Of a DNA stretch of 32,000 nucleotides, positions 1-8,013 are shown one piece after another; position 1 is the first letter of the stretch; every line of letters begins with the position of its first letter. This DNA is from Alkanindiges sp. WGS2144 (GTDB lineage: Bacteria > Pseudomonadota > Gammaproteobacteria > Pseudomonadales > Moraxellaceae). Under the pieces are notes generated by a model. It was not told the DNA's origin, did no database searches, and saw only the letters and a program-made list of their open reading frames with translations. The stretch is from the NCBI RefSeq assembly GCF_043950625.1, contig NZ_CP171007.1, one strand, 5' to 3'. Made by a program: the position numbers and the translations under genes.

Positions 1-112
1 AACATTATTGATTTTTATTCGCATACGCTATAGGCTTTGCACAACAATACAGCAGGCTCTTTTTTAAAATACAAGTTTGAGCCTGCCAAAAGCCAAATAA
101 CAAGAGATCAGC

Positions 113-601
113 ATGAAGCACAATATGTTGGGCAGCATCCATCAGGTACTGTCGCATCTGGGTATTGATTTTAATAAAGCGCATCGCCCACTACAGCTGA
201 CATTTGGCGACCCTCACCTTAACGAGCATTTCTACCTGCAATTTGTCTGCGGGCACACTGCAATCAATGAAGGCCTTGAGCTAAAGCTGCTTTGCCTGTC
301 AACCAGTGCGTATCTACCATTAAAAGATTTTATTGGGCAAGTTGCTACTATTGAGCAGACGACCGATCAGGGTTTACTGCATCAATTGACCGGTATGATC
401 ACCCAGGCCGCCAGTGGCCATCATGATGGTGGATTTGCGCTATACCAGTTAACACTCCAGGATAGTTTTAGTAGCCTGCTGGCAAAACGGCGCAATAGCC
501 GGGTGTTCATGCAAAAATCGGTGCTGGAGATTACGCAGATTTTATCTCAGGAATGGCAACAACAACCTACCTGCAACTGCACCTTAACAATATTGATTTG
601 A
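113..601 (+). pseudogene. Truncated VgrG (T6SS spike) N-terminal fragment, about 160 aa of a protein normally over 600 aa
   Basis: The translation follows the VgrG/phage gpD-like N-terminal pattern recalled from Pseudomonas and Acinetobacter VgrGs (LQFVCGHTAINEGLELKLLCLS, YQLTLQDSFSSLLAKRRNSRVFMQKSVLEITQILSQEW). The ORF stops at 599-601, far short of the gp27/gp5 core. Confidence 0.75.
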
Positions 602-1974
602 ATAAACCTGCCCCACCGCCACTGGTACAAGGTTATGGGGATGCGATGGATAGACGAGCCGATCGGATGATCCATGCACGTCAAATGGATCAGTATAATA
701 AAGCCCATGCGTTTACTGACGAATGGCTCAGCATTTTAAATAAAGCGGAGCAAGCTACGTGGCATGCTCAGTGTACCCTGCAAAGTATTGATAAGGATTC
801 GATTCAACATTTGGCAAAATTTAATTTACCCGTATATGCCATGGGTTATAACTGGCTTCAGTCCAATGAAGACTCAGCTCAAACTATTTATAAAAAACTA
901 GCCGCCATTAAAGCCGAATATGGGCAACGCTTTCACAAGTTTATTATTATCTCACATTCCATGGGAGGCTTGGTTACCCGTAGGCTAGCACAATTGTGTG
1001 GTGAAGATATTGCTGGCGTCGTGCATGGTGTAATGCCTGCCGATGGTGCAGCTGCCGCTTATCGGCGGATAGTCTCTGGCTCTTATGAGGGTGGTGGACT
1101 GGTGCCATGGGTGACGTCTTTTGTGCTAGGTAAAAATACTGAACACGTCACGGCGGTATTGGCTAACTCGCCAGGTGGCTTGGAGCTATTGCCCAATGCT
1201 GAATATAATCAGCGCAAGCCCTGGTTAACCCTGCAAGGCAAAAATGAAAGAAATGAAATGGTCAAAGTTGAGCTACCCACTGCAAATACCAAAGGCGAGA
1301 TCGATCCTTATGAGCAAATCTATAAAGCAGATAAAGTATGGTGGGAAATGGTAAGGGAGGAACTGATTGACCCCGCCAATATGTTTAAGCCAACGACACC
1401 TAAAGAAACCCCTAAAGATATTTATAAAGAAAAAATTGAAGACGTTAAAAAATTTCATTCTCGTATTGCCAAAAAATACCATCCCTGCACTTATGTCAAT
1501 TATGGGCATGACCCTCAATTTAGCAGTTTTGGCACCTTGACCTGGACGTTAGACCGCAATCTTAAGGGTTTAGATGCAAAGCAACTCAAATCCCTGCCTA
1601 AAGCTTCTGATAAAGAAATGGCAACCTATCGTGCAAAAATAGTGCAGGAACAAATGAAAAGAATCCAGAGCGGTAGTGGAACCAATGTAAATAGCCGAGA
1701 TATGGCTCTGGAAAATAATGGAGTTAGGTATATTTCATTATCTAGCGGTAACTTAGCAAATTTTTGTATTTCTGATCAAAATGCACCAGGCGATGGGACG
1801 GTACCCTTTCAATCTGGGCGAGCGCCTTATAACAACTCAGGTGTTAAGCAAATCTTTCAAATGATGGGTTTTGACCATCAGGGCAGTTATAATGACCCAC
1901 ATGTTAAACGTTCAGTATTGCATTCCATAGTAAGCATTATAAAAGAAAATAACATTCAGCCAAAGTTCAGGTGA
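553..1974 (+). CDS. Alpha/beta-hydrolase lipase/esterase (PGAP1/LCAT-like), candidate T6SS phospholipase (Tle-like) effector; true start uncertain (in-frame ATG also at 646)
   Basis: It has a GxSxG-type nucleophile elbow IISHSMGG (Ser codon 958-960). PGDGTVP supplies an Asp (1792-1794) and FDHQGS a His (1876-1878) in Ser-Asp-His order. It sits directly behind the VgrG fragment, with which its first 49 nt overlap in another frame. Confidence 0.65.
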   Translation: MATTTYLQLHLNNIDLNKPAPPPLVQGYGDAMDRRADRMIHARQMDQYNKAHAFTDEWLSILNKAEQATWHAQCTLQSIDKDSIQHLAKFNLPVYAMGYNWLQSNEDSAQTIYKKLAAIKAEYGQRFHKFIIISHSMGGLVTRRLAQLCGEDIAGVVHGVMPADGAAAAYRRIVSGSYEGGGLVPWVTSFVLGKNTEHVTAVLANSPGGLELLPNAEYNQRKPWLTLQGKNERNEMVKVELPTANTKGEIDPYEQIYKADKVWWEMVREELIDPANMFKPTTPKETPKDIYKEKIEDVKKFHSRIAKKYHPCTYVNYGHDPQFSSFGTLTWTLDRNLKGLDAKQLKSLPKASDKEMATYRAKIVQEQMKRIQSGSGTNVNSRDMALENNGVRYISLSSGNLANFCISDQNAPGDGTVPFQSGRAPYNNSGVKQIFQMMGFDHQGSYNDPHVKRSVLHSIVSIIKENNIQPKFR

Positions 1975-2357
1975 TTAAAAATATGAACAGTGGGTTCTGT
2001 TAAAGAACAGATTGTTCAGCCGGTTAAATCTGGACAATCTCACCTATTCTCGCAGTAGCGGAGAAGGTAAATCTCGGGGGAAGGTTTTGAACTACAGACT
2101 GATCAGTATGGTGCATTGCTGGCGGGACAACGGTGCTCGCAACAGATGCTCAGGCACAGGCATAAGGTCATCATCTGGATGTAGCATCCGCCAAAGCCTT
2201 GAGTGAAGTGGCTAAAGATCAGCAGACTGACCCATTAAGTATGCTGGATCGTCTGCAACAGGTCATTCAAGCCCTGGCGCAAAATAACCCTGAGCAGGTA
2301 GTACACTTTAAATCAGCCTTATTGCTGCTCAGTTCATCTAACGGTATAAGCAGTTAG
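1975..2357 (+). pseudogene. Possible decayed gene: protein-like segments scattered over all three + frames
   Basis: Hand translation gives VKEQIVQPVKSGQSHLFSQ*, ELQTDQYGALLAGQ, GGTTVLATDAQAQA* and GHHLDVASAKALSEVAKDQQTDPLSMLDRLQQVIQALAQNNPEQVVHFKSALLLLSSSNGISS* (stop at 2355-2357). No intact start or ORF exists. A terminator follows. Confidence 0.3.
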
Positions 2358-2378
2358 CTGCAGCAATAGCTTAACCAC

Positions 2379-2413
2379 AAAAAACCGGCAATTAATAGAT
2401 TGCCGGTTTTTTT
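2379..2413. terminator. Bidirectional rho-independent terminator between convergent genes
   Basis: The stem ccggcaat (2385-2392) pairs with attgccgg (2399-2406). It is flanked by an A-run upstream and a T-run downstream. Confidence 0.8.
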
Positions 2414-2433
2414 ATTGTCAGGTGTTGGCTAGG

Positions 2434-2946
2434 TTAGATATTAAAATCACACGCAGGAATTTGCTTTTGTAATTCCCGGTACTTCGCTTTTACTGTATCA
2501 AGTTTTGCCTGATTTGGGTTGTCACCGAAGAAAAAGCCATCAAAAGGTTTTTTCTCCTCATACAGGTTAGCTTTTAGCTTATCACAATCTTTTTTATTTT
2601 TTACTAAAGAGCGAGCCTGTGCTTCACTAATTTTGCTGTATTTCTGCTCCCGGATACGCAAGGTTTTGCTATCTTCAGACAAGTTAAACGGGATAACCGC
2701 CAGACCGTTATTAACGCCCAAGCCATTTTCGGTTTTGTCCAGTACCATCTCTTTTTTTGCCTTACCGGCTTCGTCATCTCTAAAAATATTCTCATTCACC
2801 AAATAAGTGTCCTTACCTTCCTTGCGTATTTCCAGAATTTTAGGATATGTGGTGTTCTCCAGTTGCCAAAAGCCCAGATATTTATCGTTGGATTTACCGC
2901 AGGCAGCGAGGCTAAGTGTCATTAGAATTAACAGTATTGTTCTCAT
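2434..2946 (-). CDS. Small lipoprotein of unknown function (170 aa from ATG 2946); candidate periplasmic immunity protein
   Basis: It has a signal peptide with lipobox MRTILLILMTLSLAAC. A GAGGA Shine-Dalgarno lies 4 nt upstream of ATG 2946, so the ORF-track start at 2961 is probably too long. A hand count of a 100-nt sample gives about 35% GC, well below the neighbouring genes. Confidence 0.7.
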   Translation of the reverse strand: MRTILLILMTLSLAACGKSNDKYLGFWQLENTTYPKILEIRKEGKDTYLVNENIFRDDEAGKAKKEMVLDKTENGLGVNNGLAVIPFNLSEDSKTLRIREQKYSKISEAQARSLVKNKKDCDKLKANLYEEKKPFDGFFFGDNPNQAKLDTVKAKYRELQKQIPACDFNI

Positions 2947-3210
2947 AAATTCCTCATTCATGAATAAAATGAAGGGCGTAGTAAAGCATAAAATCTGTGG
3001 GGTTGCCTATTTGATATTTAAGCTGGATAGCTTAATCGTATGCATCGCCTCGGCTCCAGCACTGTATTGAATTATTTTTAACTGGTAGCCAAATCAAGTT
3101 AGCTTTATTTGGTTAATTTTCCAAGTAAACTTTAGCCTGTGGTGGTGGCTGTAGGATTGCTGAACGCCTCAGTCAGTCAATTTAATGCACGCTGCCTTGA
3201 AGCAATGAAC

Positions 3211-3229
3211 AATTTACTTTAATTTACTT
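3211..3229 (+). promoter_or_regulatory. Tandem direct repeat AATTTACTT x2 in the marR leader; candidate operator
   Basis: The sequence aatttactt-t-aatttactt lies 28 nt upstream of the marR ATG. Its 15-nt core ATTTACTTTAATTTA recurs at 10356-10370. Confidence 0.35.
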
Positions 3230-3256
3230 CGCGTGTGAAATAAATAGGTGACTGCC

Positions 3257-3682
3257 ATGGCAAACATGCCATTTCTGGTTTTTTTACTCAATAGCTGCCA
3301 GCGCCGGGTGCAGCACTGGATAGAAGCGCAAAGCCCTGAGTCTGAGCGTTTGTCTGCCGCGCAGGCCGGTGTGCTGTTTGTGCTGGAAAAACAGGACGGG
3401 ATATTGCTCGGTGAAGTAGCCAGTCAGCTGGATATTGTGCCATCGGCCATTAGTGGCTTGATTGACCGCATGCAAAAACAGCAACTGGTACACCGGCAAA
3501 AATGCCCGCAGGATGGCCGTGCGATACGTTTATGGCTCACCACACAAGGCAGGGCACGGCTATTACCAATCAAAAACCAGCTAGCCACTTTAAATCGCAA
3601 GCTGGGTCAGGGCTTTACACCAGATGAGCTGGGCATTGTTGAGCGCTGGCTTAAGCATATTCATCAGGAATTTCAGGGTTAA
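3257..3682 (+). CDS. MarR-family transcriptional regulator
   Basis: It has a winged-helix MarR pattern (LSAAQAGVLFVLEKQDGILLGEVASQLDIVPSAISGLIDRMQKQQLVHRQKCPQDGRAIRLWLTTQG). An AGGTGA Shine-Dalgarno lies 5 nt before ATG 3257. Confidence 0.85.
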   Translation: MANMPFLVFLLNSCQRRVQHWIEAQSPESERLSAAQAGVLFVLEKQDGILLGEVASQLDIVPSAISGLIDRMQKQQLVHRQKCPQDGRAIRLWLTTQGRARLLPIKNQLATLNRKLGQGFTPDELGIVERWLKHIHQEFQG

Positions 3683-3687
3683 ATGTT

Positions 3688-4575
3688 ATGAGTAATTCAT
3701 TAAAACAGGCAACGTCGCCGCAAGCGGTAAATATCATATGTCAGGATGGATACGCGCTGTCCGGCCATTTTTTTAAGGCCACCACTAAAACAGATGGATT
3801 GCCTGTATTGCTCTGTCCGGCTACTGGCATTGTGCAGCAGTTTTATTTCAGGTTTTGTGATTGGTTAAGTGGGCAAGGCCATGATGTGCTGGTGTTTGAT
3901 TATCGCGGCATTGGTCAGTCTTTGCATGGCCATGTCAAAGACAGCTCGGCACGCATTCAGGACTGGGGACAACTGGATATTCCGGCGGCGCTGGACTGGC
4001 TTACCCTGCATAGCAATCAGTCACAAGCCATCCTACTGGGGCATAGTGCCGGTGGTCAGTTGACTGGCCTAATGTCTAATTATCAAAAAGTAGCCAAAGT
4101 GGTGGCCGTGGCGGGTTCTACCGGCCATGTTAAAGGCTTAAAAGGGACCACTAAATGGCTGGCACCGATTTTATTCCACGGTTATATGCCGATTAATTTT
4201 AAATTGTTTGGCTTTGCGCAAACAAAAAAAATTGGCTGGGGTGAAAACCTGCCTCAGGGTGTGGCGCAGCAATGGGCAGACTGGTGCAGCAGCCCGGGTT
4301 ATGCGGCCAATAGCCTGGGCAAAACTGTGCACATGCATTTTCATGAGGAAATTACGATTCCCATTACGGTAATTCACGCCAGTGATGATGAAATTGCCAC
4401 GCCGGCCAATGTGGCGGATCTATTGCGCCTGTATCCCAACGCCAAAACCAGCGCTATTTATCTTGAACCCAAAGCGCACGGCTTTAATGAGATTGGCCAT
4501 ATGAATTTGTTTAGAAGTTCGCACCAAACGTTGTGGCCGTTATTGCTGGAGCAGCTGGAGCCAACAGCTGCCTAG
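3688..4575 (+). CDS. Alpha/beta hydrolase (predicted hydrolase family, paralog of 8786-9652)
   Basis: It has the nucleophile elbow GHSAGG, a later SDDE acid and a C-terminal GHMN His. It starts 5 nt after the marR stop, so it is probably co-transcribed. Confidence 0.8.
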   Translation: MSNSLKQATSPQAVNIICQDGYALSGHFFKATTKTDGLPVLLCPATGIVQQFYFRFCDWLSGQGHDVLVFDYRGIGQSLHGHVKDSSARIQDWGQLDIPAALDWLTLHSNQSQAILLGHSAGGQLTGLMSNYQKVAKVVAVAGSTGHVKGLKGTTKWLAPILFHGYMPINFKLFGFAQTKKIGWGENLPQGVAQQWADWCSSPGYAANSLGKTVHMHFHEEITIPITVIHASDDEIATPANVADLLRLYPNAKTSAIYLEPKAHGFNEIGHMNLFRSSHQTLWPLLLEQLEPTAA

Positions 4576-4599
4576 TTTGGATTCTGCCGTGTGGTTATC

Positions 4600-4626
4600 G
4601 CCGGGTAATACCATCCCCGGCTTTTT
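4600..4626. terminator. Hairpin plus T-run between convergent genes
   Basis: The stem gccggg (4600-4605) pairs with cccggc (4616-4621) and is followed by ttttt. Confidence 0.55.
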
Positions 4627-4647
4627 GATGGTTTAACCTTTCGTGGT

Positions 4648-5055
4648 TTATCGCCCTTCCAGACGGTCAATCATGGCATCTAAATTTTCCAGCCAGTTGG
4701 GATAGTCCATCTCATTGGCTGTCCACAAGTCTTTGAGCTCGGATTGCCCAGCCATCAGCAGTTTTAGGCCACGCAAGATAATGGGTCTAAATTGAGGCAG
4801 GTCATCAGCAGATTGTTCATCCAGCCAGTGATCAAAAGTTTCATCATCCGTGTCAAAACTGGTGTCATTCAGCAGCGCATCTAAAATCACCCCGGCAATC
4901 ATCACCTGATTGGCTTCGCTAAATTCCAGATATTCCTGTTCACACAGCGCGGCCACCTCGGTTAAATACTCACTGGCGGTGCTTTCAATAGCCTGCTGCA
5001 TGGCATCTATGGCTGCATCGTTTTCAAAAATTCCAGTACCACGAATATCCATCAT
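4648..5055 (-). CDS. DUF4259-like small acidic protein
   Basis: The N-terminus MMDIRGTGIFENDAAIDAM matches the remembered DUF4259 signature (G-x-G-x-F-x-N-D-x-A-x-D). The rest is an acidic helical protein. Confidence 0.6.
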   Translation of the reverse strand: MMDIRGTGIFENDAAIDAMQQAIESTASEYLTEVAALCEQEYLEFSEANQVMIAGVILDALLNDTSFDTDDETFDHWLDEQSADDLPQFRPIILRGLKLLMAGQSELKDLWTANEMDYPNWLENLDAMIDRLEGR

Positions 5056-5097
5056 TGACTCCTTGTTTACATCAAATAAAAAGGGTTAAAACAGCAG

Positions 5098-7785
5098 TCA
5101 GCCGGTGTTGCGTAAACCCGCCGCAATACCGGCAATGGTCACCATTAAGGCATGATCATAAATTTCATTATTGGCCTCACGGCGGCGGCGCATCAGTTCG
5201 GCCTGCAATAAATGCAATGGCAGCAAGTAAGGATTACGCACGTTAATGGAGCGCTTTAGAGTCGGTGAATGCTGTAATAACTCGTCCTGATTAATCAGTT
5301 GCAGCAGGGTCTGGTTGGCATGGTGCAAATGCTCACGTAGCTCGGTACCCAGCTGGATGAGCGCCGGATCCTGAGTTAAATGCGCTTCATAATAGGCAGC
5401 AATGGCCGGGTCAGCTTTGGCCAGTACCATTTCCAGCATGCTGAGTAAGGTTTGAAAATATGGCCATTGCTGTCGCATCTGATTCATTAACGGCTGCTGC
5501 TCCTGTTGCAACGCATCACGCAGCGCCACTCCGGTGCCCAGCCAGGCGGTAAGCATCAGGCGCACTTGTGTCCAGGCAAATACCCAGGGAATGGCACGCA
5601 GGGATTCAATGCCACCTTGAGTATTACGCCGTGCCGGACGGGAACCCAGCGGCAGCATTTGTAGCTCCAGCTCCGGGGTAACGGTGCGCAAGTAGTCAAT
5701 AAATACCGGCTTATTTTGCACCATTTCCCGGTATACCTTGACCGACACCTGGGTCATGTGTTGCATCAGTTGCCGCCATTGTGGCTTAGGCTCAGGGGGT
5801 GGTAATAAAGTGGCTTCCAGCGTGGCACTGGCATATAGCTCCAGATTACGCAGTGCAATGTCGGGCATGCCAAATTTAAAGCGAATCATTTCGCCCTGTT
5901 CGGTCACGCGGATTTTGCCATTGACCGAACCCGGGGGTTGCGCTAACAAGGCTTGATGTGTGGGCGCGCCACCGCGGCTAATCGAACCACCCCGTCCGTG
6001 AAATAAGGTCAGCTCAACCCCATGCTGGCGTGCAACTCTGGTTAATTGCTCCTGTGCCTGATACTGTGCCCAGTTGGCCGTTAAAAATCCGGCATCCTTG
6101 GCCGAATCAGAATAACCAATCATGATTTCCTGCTGGGCTATGCCCTGATCATTGCTAATGGCCTGTTTGTACCAGTCAATACTTAATAATTGCTCAAGAC
6201 TATTAGCAGCATTTTCCAGGTCTTTTAGGGTTTCAAATAAGGGCACTACCCGCAGCGGTTGCTGAATTTCAGCTTCTTTTTGTAGCAGCATGACTGCCAG
6301 AATATCGCTGGGGGCAGCCGCCATGGAAATTACATAAGCACCTAAAGACTGCGGTAATTGCTGCGCCAGCATATTAAAGGTTGCCCGTACTTCGTTTACC
6401 TCGTTAGTAAAGGTATTGGCAGGTAGGTGGCGTGGCAAAAGTGGACGCGGGTTTTGTAGCTCGGCGAGTAAAAATTGCTGGCGCTGTACTTCATCCCAGT
6501 CCTCATAACAGCCCATGCCCAAAAACCGGGTAATGGCCGTGATGGCGTCCCGGTGCCGCCCAGCCTCTTGTCGCACATCCAGCTTGAGCAACTCAATGCC
6601 AAAGCAGCTCACCCGATAAATCAGGTCAAGCAATTTACCATTGGCAATGTCCTGCATGTTGCAATCCACCAGCGACTGATAGCACAACAGCAAGGGCTGC
6701 AATAATTCATCGGTATGCTGGTAAATACCATCTGGCTGGCTGGCCTGACCCTCAATACTGCTTTTCAGCCAGTTTCGGGTAATATCCAGCCGGGTACGCA
6801 TACTGCGCAAAATATCACGGTATGGTTCGGTGGACTCTGCACCCACCATCTCGCGTAAGGCAGCATTGCAATCCTGCATGGACAATTCCCAGCGCAAGGC
6901 ATTGACGTCGCGCCAGTACAAATCCGCTGCCTGCCAGCGTGCCAGTAGCAGCACTTCCTGGGTGACCAGATGGGTGACATTGGGGTTGCCGTCGCGGTCG
7001 CCACCCATCCACGAGGCAAAGCGGATAGGCGCATGAGTCAGGGGCAAATGTTTGCCGGTATGTTCTCGCACCACCGCATGCAGCTCACGCATAAAGGCGG
7101 GAATGCTATGCCACAGGGTTTGTTCAATGGCAGTAAAGCCCCACTTGGCTTCATCAATTGGCGTAGGCTTGTGCTGGCGAATTTCATCGGTGCGCCAGGT
7201 GGCAATAATGTGCTGTTTTAATTGTTGCAGGATAACCTGCCGCTCTGGTGGGCTTAAGCGTTGCCGATCCAGTATTTGCAAGCAGTCACTAATCTCATCA
7301 TATTTTTGAATTAAAGTACGGCGGCTGATTTCGGTGGGATGCGCGGTCAGCACCAGCTCAATATCCAGATTGGCGACCGTTTGCCATAACTGCTCAGGGC
7401 GGCAGTTAGACTGCAACAAGCGCGGGATAATTTCCTGTAGTGAGCCTTTTTGTGCCGGCGTTTGCGGGATACTTTGCCAGTCACGGCGGCGACGCACCCG
7501 ATGATACTGTTCGGCAATATTGGCAAAATTTAAAAACTGGCTAAAGGCACGTGCCACTGGCAGTAGCTGTTGTTCATCCAGGCCAGATAGCAGCTTGTCC
7601 AGCTCAATCGATGCCGCCTGATGACCATCACGCACCTGTTTGGCCAGTTGGCGGATTTGTTCGATTTGCTCAAAAAAGGCATGCCCCATTTGCTGTTTTA
7701 GGGTATCGCCCAGCAAATTACCTAGCAGGCGTACATCATCACGTAGCGGGGCATGTGGGTCGGGGGATAAAACAGCGTGTGGCAT
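5098..7785 (-). CDS. ppc: Phosphoenolpyruvate carboxylase
   Basis: It is 895 aa with the motifs VLTAHPTE, GYSDSAKDAG and FHGRGGSISRGG, and it ends in the C-terminal LRNTG. Confidence 0.97.
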   Translation of the reverse strand: MPHAVLSPDPHAPLRDDVRLLGNLLGDTLKQQMGHAFFEQIEQIRQLAKQVRDGHQAASIELDKLLSGLDEQQLLPVARAFSQFLNFANIAEQYHRVRRRRDWQSIPQTPAQKGSLQEIIPRLLQSNCRPEQLWQTVANLDIELVLTAHPTEISRRTLIQKYDEISDCLQILDRQRLSPPERQVILQQLKQHIIATWRTDEIRQHKPTPIDEAKWGFTAIEQTLWHSIPAFMRELHAVVREHTGKHLPLTHAPIRFASWMGGDRDGNPNVTHLVTQEVLLLARWQAADLYWRDVNALRWELSMQDCNAALREMVGAESTEPYRDILRSMRTRLDITRNWLKSSIEGQASQPDGIYQHTDELLQPLLLCYQSLVDCNMQDIANGKLLDLIYRVSCFGIELLKLDVRQEAGRHRDAITAITRFLGMGCYEDWDEVQRQQFLLAELQNPRPLLPRHLPANTFTNEVNEVRATFNMLAQQLPQSLGAYVISMAAAPSDILAVMLLQKEAEIQQPLRVVPLFETLKDLENAANSLEQLLSIDWYKQAISNDQGIAQQEIMIGYSDSAKDAGFLTANWAQYQAQEQLTRVARQHGVELTLFHGRGGSISRGGAPTHQALLAQPPGSVNGKIRVTEQGEMIRFKFGMPDIALRNLELYASATLEATLLPPPEPKPQWRQLMQHMTQVSVKVYREMVQNKPVFIDYLRTVTPELELQMLPLGSRPARRNTQGGIESLRAIPWVFAWTQVRLMLTAWLGTGVALRDALQQEQQPLMNQMRQQWPYFQTLLSMLEMVLAKADPAIAAYYEAHLTQDPALIQLGTELREHLHHANQTLLQLINQDELLQHSPTLKRSINVRNPYLLPLHLLQAELMRRRREANNEIYDHALMVTIAGIAAGLRNTG

Positions 7786-7915
7786 ACAGACTCCAGAATA
7801 TGTGTTCTGTTTTGACTATAGGCCAGATTGGCTTTTGCTTTGTTTTTAAATTGAAAATAAATTTGGCACTCTCTGTAAGCTGCCAAAAGTACAGCATCGT
7901 TGCATAAAATAAAAA

Positions 7916-7979
7916 TTAGAGTAATTGCTCTAGATTTATCATAACACTTGCCTTATGCTTTTTAGAGTAAAAGCTCTAA
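7916..7979. promoter_or_regulatory. Two copies of an 18-bp palindrome TTAGAG-N6-CTCTA(A/G); candidate operator pair
   Basis: The copies are 7916-7933 (ttagagtaattgctctag) and 7962-7979 (ttagagtaaaagctctaa), 46 bp centre to centre. They lie just upstream of the HD-domain gene in the ppc/HD divergent intergenic region. Confidence 0.45.
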
Positions 7980-8013
7980 TTTGTTGTTTTATTATTTTAA
8001 AAGGATAAATGTG

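Noticed and set aside
553-601. Programmed -1 ribosomal frameshift joining the VgrG stub to the lipase
   Set aside because: The 49-nt overlap contains no X-XXY-YYZ slippery heptamer or obvious downstream stimulatory structure. A 160-aa VgrG stub would not form a functional spike anyway, so a deletion scar is more parsimonious.
2012-2206. The 64-aa ORF in the lipase-downstream spacer
   Set aside because: It is Arg/Ser/Cys-rich and starts at a non-ATG codon. It is better viewed as one frame of a multi-frameshifted remnant, as described in the findings.
2519-3070. The + strand ORFs 2519-2806 and 2807-3070 and the minus off-frame ORF 2604-2795 overlapping the lipoprotein gene
   Set aside because: The lipoprotein ORF has a signal peptide, a lipobox and a Shine-Dalgarno. 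The alternatives are Ser/Leu/Phe-rich translations of AT-rich DNA.
5738-7907. About a dozen 60-118 aa ORFs on both strands inside or overlapping ppc (for example 5738-5956, 6475-6705, 6765-7034, 6970-7221, 7052-7309, 7551-7907)
   Set aside because: They overlap a full-length, motif-complete PEP carboxylase. Their translations are Cys/Arg/Ser/Pro-rich with no recognisable domains, which is typical of shadow ORFs in a moderately GC-rich gene.
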